Shown here in pieces: positions 58,717-64,000 of a stretch of DNA of 64,000 nt. The first letter of the stretch is position 1. Every line of letters begins with the position of its first letter. Location of the stretch: contig NW_025963779.1 in NCBI RefSeq assembly GCF_023055435.1, forward strand, positions 85,126,001 to 85,190,000, written 5' to 3'. The translations under genes and the position numbers were made by a program. The notes under the pieces were generated by a model. The model ran no database searches. It had not been told where the DNA came from and saw only the letters and a list, made by a program, of their open reading frames with translations. This DNA is from Haliotis rufescens. Its lineage: Eukaryota.

Positions 58717-59614
58717 AGATGTTAAGACAGTAATAACACTGGTAATTAATGATTGGCACATTACCAAACTTCATTACACTATTTGCGTTGGCCAAAGATC
58801 ACATGACATTTTATTCAGGGTGTTATTAAAAGGTTTAGCAAACATAGCCATGAAGAGATCCCACGGCTAAAGGTTAGGTCAACATAAGGATTGACAAGGT
58901 ACTCTGCTTATAAGCATGGTGGCAAAATCAGCTTCATCAGCTGTTTTGTTTACTGTATGGATGCCAAGAAAGCAGGTCCAACGCCAGTACATATCCGCCT
59001 ATCATATTTTATACTGCATTGCATAAATACTGGTAAAAGTTCTGCTCTTGAAGGCTTCGCTAAAAGATTAGCGGACTACTCCAGATGATTGATTGCGTTG
59101 TACTCATGAAGCTGAAGTGATGAACAGCTCTTAACAAATCAGTACCCTCCAGAACAGCATGGTCGATAAGAAATCCGACACTGCAATGCCCTACCACTGT
59201 GGACACGAAGCAGGTGCGTGTGTATTCCATGTTGTCCGAGCGTGTCCCGCGATACGACCCACGCTGACCACACCGCTGGCCCAAGCCAGCTGTGCCAGGT
59301 GGATGGACCGTTAGATCGTGGCCACTGGTGCCATTACATGCCGGAAGTGGTGGAATGCGCGGTCGCTGTAGAACATTACATTGATTTCTAAAAGCATGTA
59401 TGCCAAGTTTAGCCGAAAGAACTGAGAACTGAATACCTGGTAAAAAGACCTTTCTTGCTGTAGTGCTTTTTCATAATGTGCGAACTAATGTGCATGCACT
59501 CTCTGGTCCCCAAGGAACACCATGCATTCCTACATGCTGGCATCCTCATTTCGCCTTCATCCATCGACTGCCAAACAAGGCAGAGGCTAGACTATGGCGC
59601 AGTGTATCCAAGCC

Positions 59615-60142
59615 TACGGTGGCCCATAAGGGACATGGGGTCTGTTTTTCAATATTTTGATATTTCACTTACGGTTATCGTAACCTTTTGCAAATTAACA
59701 CGATTTGTCATACAAATATATGATAAATCATGTATAAAGAAGCTATTGAATCGCTGAAAAGTGAAGCGAAAATGTCAAAAACTAAAATGAAAATGTCAAA
59801 AACAAAAACGAAAAAGTCAAAAACTAAAATGAAAATGTCAAAAACAAAAACGAAAATGTCAAAAACAAAAGCGATTTTTATTTACACATTTCCGCTTTTG
59901 TTTTTGACATTTTCGTTTTTGTTTTTGACATTTTCAATTTAGTTTATGACATTTTCGCTTCACATTTCAGTGATTCAATAGCTACTTGAAAGTACATTTT
60001 GCATGTTTTCGGTTGTTTTTAATACATGATTTATCACATATTTGTATGACAAATTGTGTTAATTTGCAAAAGGTTACGATGAAAGTAAGTGAAATATCAA
60101 AATATTGAAAAACAGACTCCATGTCCCTTATTGGCCACCGTA
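59615..60142. mobile_element. Fold-back non-autonomous DNA transposon, TACGG..CCGTA ends, 6-bp TSD (IS3EU-like)
   Basis: Almost entirely palindromic. TSD caagcc at 59609-59614 and 60143-60148. Internal inverted 21-bp repeats. Confidence 0.85.
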
Positions 60143-60977
60143 CAAGCCAGCTGGCGCCAGTCTCATATCAGTTCTAAACTGTAAAGGACAAACTATGACG
60201 TGAACCCTATATCAACTTTATCAAGCAACACTTTTAGAAATTGTTATGTGAGTTTTCAGATACGGTTCTTTTAATGAGAACTAGACTTTGTTCATTTTAG
60301 CACAGGCACCCTTTGGATTAATGACAATAATAAATATATAGGTACAGCTAAATTGTGACACAAAAGATGATGTTCGAAGTTTTCGTAACCTTTTTTAAAA
60401 AATATTTAAACATGAGCAAGTCTTTGACCCAAATTGATTTTCTTAGCAGATGTCGATAAAGGCAGTACAAACGTGGTTAAAATCAATTTGGGTCACGCAC
60501 ATGCTCGTCAATAGATTTTCTGTTGGGAACTGGGCTATGTTAGCCATTCTTGTGTATTAGAAGATATAAAAGGGTAAGTTGCAAGAAAGACACAAACTAG
60601 ATGCCAACCAATTGAACATGTCTGATTAATACCCTTACTTTCTTCCAACGTTTTCCGTAGCTTACAAATTGCACATTACTTCACCTCGAGCTTTGATACA
60701 AACCACTCGAAAAAACTTCAAATGATTATATGATCAGCATCACATCACGATAATCTCCGCCAAGTACAGAATGTGTTTATCGTCATTGGTCGCGCATAGT
60801 GAAGCCAAGTACAAAGGTCGTCATTCATTGTGGTCAAAACCAGTATATTTTAAAAAACCTAAAATCTAATCAACTGTTATTTAAAACGTAAGATGTATAT
60901 CTTGTAGATAGTTGTGTTATTTATCTATTTGTACTGTATAGATGTACTTGTAAATGTGGTGTCAGATACCATCTAGG

Positions 60978-61242
60978 TTGGTTGGTTTGTTGTTTAACGC
61001 CGCACTCAGCAATATTCCAGCTATATGACGGCGGTCTTTAAATAATCGAGTCTGGACCAGACAATCCAGTGAATAATATCATGAGCATCGATCCACGCAA
61101 TTGGGATCGATGACATGCATCAACCAAGTCAGTGAGCCTGACCACCCGATCCCGTTAGTCGCCTTTTACGACAAGCATGGTCACCTTTTACGGCAAGCAT
61201 GGGTTGCTGAAGACCTATTCCCCCGGAATCTTCAACGTATCT
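60978..61242 (-). mobile_element. SINE family A
   Basis: 16-bp TSD tcagataccatctagg at 60962-60977 and 61243-61258. Confidence 0.92.
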
Positions 61243-61292
61243 TCAGATACCATCTAGGGCAGTGCTGGGAAGCAGAACTCGTATACCGGTAT

Positions 61293-61365
61293 CAATCTCA
61301 TTAAATCAGATCTTAGTTCTCGGTTTAGCGACAGCGAGAACTAAGATCGGATTTTAATAAGATTG
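61293..61365. mobile_element. MITE of the 822-912 family, internally deleted
   Basis: Same termini. TSD ataccggtat / ataccggttt. Confidence 0.82.
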
Positions 61366-61794
61366 ATACCGGTTTTGGATTATCATGGGAACAGAGAACC
61401 AACTATATAAACTATTGTTTTGTTTTCTTACAGTTCCTGCAGTCAGTGAGAAATCGGGTTCGGGTTCAGCTTGATGGGGTGTGACAGGCTCGCAGTCACT
61501 CACTTACTTCAGATAGTTGTTCCCCGTAGATTTAGCTGGGATACGCAGACAATCGCAGTGTCCGAACGATCGCATCCGAAAGTTGTAGAGATATGACAAT
61601 CAGTATTAGGAGAAAAGATACAGATAATCGACGTGAGGGTTGTAAGAAAATGCGGGAAATACCAATTCCAAACCCACCTGTTCATAAAATTGACTTGTCC
61701 GACATTGCCTTGGTCGGATGCTATTCAGGGAGTCATCATTCTTAAAATGCGGGTAAATATTTTTAAAGCTAGTACATTATGTTCATATTTCATA

Positions 61795-62268
61795 TAATAA
61801 ATAAACGACTCATGGTCGTTGTTTATCGTACAATAATAAAATTTTCGTTGTGTTCATTGAAATTCCTGCATTCTTATTAGCTGAATTCGTCACGTGTTAT
61901 TGCATTCATTTCCCAATGAAGGTAAAAATTAAGCCACGCCCACCGAGGCGCACAGCTTTTGTTACTACGGAATGTCGAGGAATCCCAATATTACGGTCAG
62001 GGGATATCCCTTTCGTCATGTATCGTCAGGCACAAGACATTTAGCTACATTCATGCATATTCATTGTCCAAACTACCCTTTGAAACCGAAGGCCGAGAAT
62101 GAATGAAACAGCAAACGTCCAGACTCGCTACGCAGTCTCATATAGTTTGCACATCGGTTTTTCGATTCATGCCTCAATGAACTGAAAACAATACACAGTC
62201 AATCCTTAAGTAAACTATGCGGTGTTCTAATGTACGATAAACAACGACCACGAGTCGTTTATTTCTTA
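61795..62268. mobile_element. MITE-like element with ~38-bp TIRs
   Basis: aaataaacgactcatggtcgttgtttatcgtaca ... tgtacgataaacaacgaccacgagtcgtttattt. Confidence 0.8.
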
Positions 62269-62556
62269 ATTAAAAACATGAATTTGCATTTCATGAGGAC
62301 TGTTATTTTGAATGAGGGTTACATGCCGCCCACTCTGTTCACAGTTAATCCAGACCTGGTCCAATGGCTAAGGTGTTCCATTACTAAGTCTGCCGACCGA
62401 TCACTCTCAGACAATCTGCTGCTAGTATTGTACAGTTTTGCCAGACAGGTTGACTTTCTGACTCAACCCTTGCTAGAAGATTCAGTTAGTCAGGGGAAGC
62501 AGGCAGAGATTGTGCAATTATCTTTGAATGGCGCCATTGCAGGTCTATGGCAACCA

Positions 62557-62798
62557 AGGAGGCACGGGTGGCCCAGTGGTCTAAGGCGCCGCGATTCGCT
62601 GCGCAGAGTTGCGTCCCTTGGGCACGCCAGAAACCTATGATTGTGGGTTCGAATCCCGGTTTCGCCCCGATTATGTGTCTAGGTTTGTCAGCACCATACC
62701 CGTGCATCACTTCGGGCTTTCCTCCCACATTAAGCTGACACGCCGCGATATAACTGAAATACTGTTAAAAGTGGCGTTAAACCAAACTCACACACTCA
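62557..62798 (+). mobile_element. SINE family C
   Basis: TSD ctatggcaacca at 62545-62556 and 62799-62810; intact A and B boxes. Confidence 0.92.
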
Positions 62799-63713
62799 CT
62801 ATGGCAACCAGAGTGATACATTAATTTAACACTGATCATATTGCAATGACAAGATCTAACGTAACCGTCACTGTCGATGTCATAGTGTAGCGTTATTTAC
62901 CGTATTTAGCTTATGGTCTCTTGTGTATTCTAGTATATCATATTGACTCCATGTAATACATCATCTTTATTACGTCAATTAATATATACATATAAAGTGG
63001 TGTAATATTATGTTATTAAAATAACAACATAACATTTCATCATTTGTCTGATCAATATTTTATCATAACACATTAATTGACAAAACCCATTCCTGGTAAC
63101 AGGGACACAGAGACACACCCTGGGATGAGGGCACTCTCCTACCCAGAGTTCCATGCGGCCGGCAGCCAGCTAGCATAGTACCTCTGCCACAGGCCAGCGC
63201 CATGTGACGATTCGTCACATCTTTCACAGTCCATTCAAGATATTGCATATGCTTTTCATCCGTTTCATGTTTGACAAGTCTACACATTTTCATAAACAAA
63301 TGTCAAAGAAGGGTTAACTTTCATTGAGAAAGTATGCAAATACGTAAAAATCTACTTGTTTTTGCGTAGTTATCCTATGTTTACATTGGTTGTACGGCTC
63401 CACGTGCTGTCATCGAAGCCCAACGGAGAGCTAGCGACACGGTCACTTTGATGCATAAATATATATTGTCATGCAACTCACTGTCGCAGTTGTAGTAGCA
63501 TATCTATATAGTTATGCAAAACAATATGTAAAGCGCCCCCAAATACTTGCATTAGTCCGTTCTATACTGATTTCTGAAAAAGCGCGTTTGTTTACAAACA
63601 AGAGAAAAGTCCGGTCACGTGATATGCAAATTAGCCTGTGGCAGTGGTGTTATGCTGAGTCACCACTGCGACTGAGTGTGGGGTTTGAGGGGTAAGAACT
63701 GAATTAACAATGT

Positions 63714-64000
63714 CATTATCGGGTGTGACCATCATTTACATTGATACAGACGGGGCACTGTAGATGATTGAAAGCAGCATGGGGGATGTTGTTCCAAATG
63801 GCAAGGAAAGGTTGGACCAGCTGAGCTAGCATTACCAACTGGTTCTGGTCCTGTCGTAGGCGTCAAACCATCTCATCCCAGACATGTTCTGTGGGAGAGA
63901 GGTCTGGAGAAACAGGTGGCCATGGCAGTCTGATACAACACGTGCAACATGTGGACAGGCATTATCCTGCTGCAACGTGTCGTTATGTCCCTGCAATTAC
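63714..64000 (-). pseudogene. Decayed Tc1-like (DD34E) transposase C-terminus, running off the window
   Basis: Minus strand LQQDNACPHVARV..LPWPPVSPDLSPTEHVWDEM..IWNNIP..GHTR. Confidence 0.85.

Noticed and set aside
59060-59600. GC-richer stretch as exon(s) of another gene
   Set aside because: No recognisable protein similarity or consistent exon boundaries by eye.
59730-59942. MSKTKMK-repeat ORF
   Set aside because: It is the translation of 21-bp internal repeats of the fold-back element.
63063-63299. 78-aa ORF with HGTLGRRVP, faintly like transposon accessory proteins
   Set aside because: Similarity is too weak to support.

Overview
Eukaryotic, intron-rich animal genomic DNA with two assembly gaps. 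The SINE and Helentron repertoire suggests a mollusc, possibly a gastropod such as abalone (inference only). I spliced three protein-coding genes by hand: TIMM44 (+, 15 coding exons, 4720-29105, 456 aa), a C9orf85/DUF2039 homolog (-, 4 coding exons, 35312-32275, 222 aa) and ABHD17 (+, 2 coding exons, 37251-41970, 288 aa). The last two are head-to-head across a short shared promoter, as I recall for the human C9orf85/ABHD17B pair. TIMM44 intron 12 holds a DIRS1-type tyrosine-recombinase retrotransposon (16651-22323) with complete termini: identical 147-bp inverted terminal repeats and an internal complementary region. Its gag and RT are damaged, while RNase H, methyltransferase and recombinase are intact. 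The rest is four SINE families, Tc1/mariner relics, several MITEs, a Helentron-type element and about ten minisatellites. Most notable candidates: (i) a SINE family without a tRNA head whose copies start at a pseudoknot-like structure with compensatory changes (possible self-cleaving ribozyme or RT-stop); (ii) a MITE carrying an inverted copy of DNA located 60 bp downstream; (iii) minisatellites that start right at TIMM44 splice donors. No CRISPR, rRNA or bona fide tRNA gene was seen.
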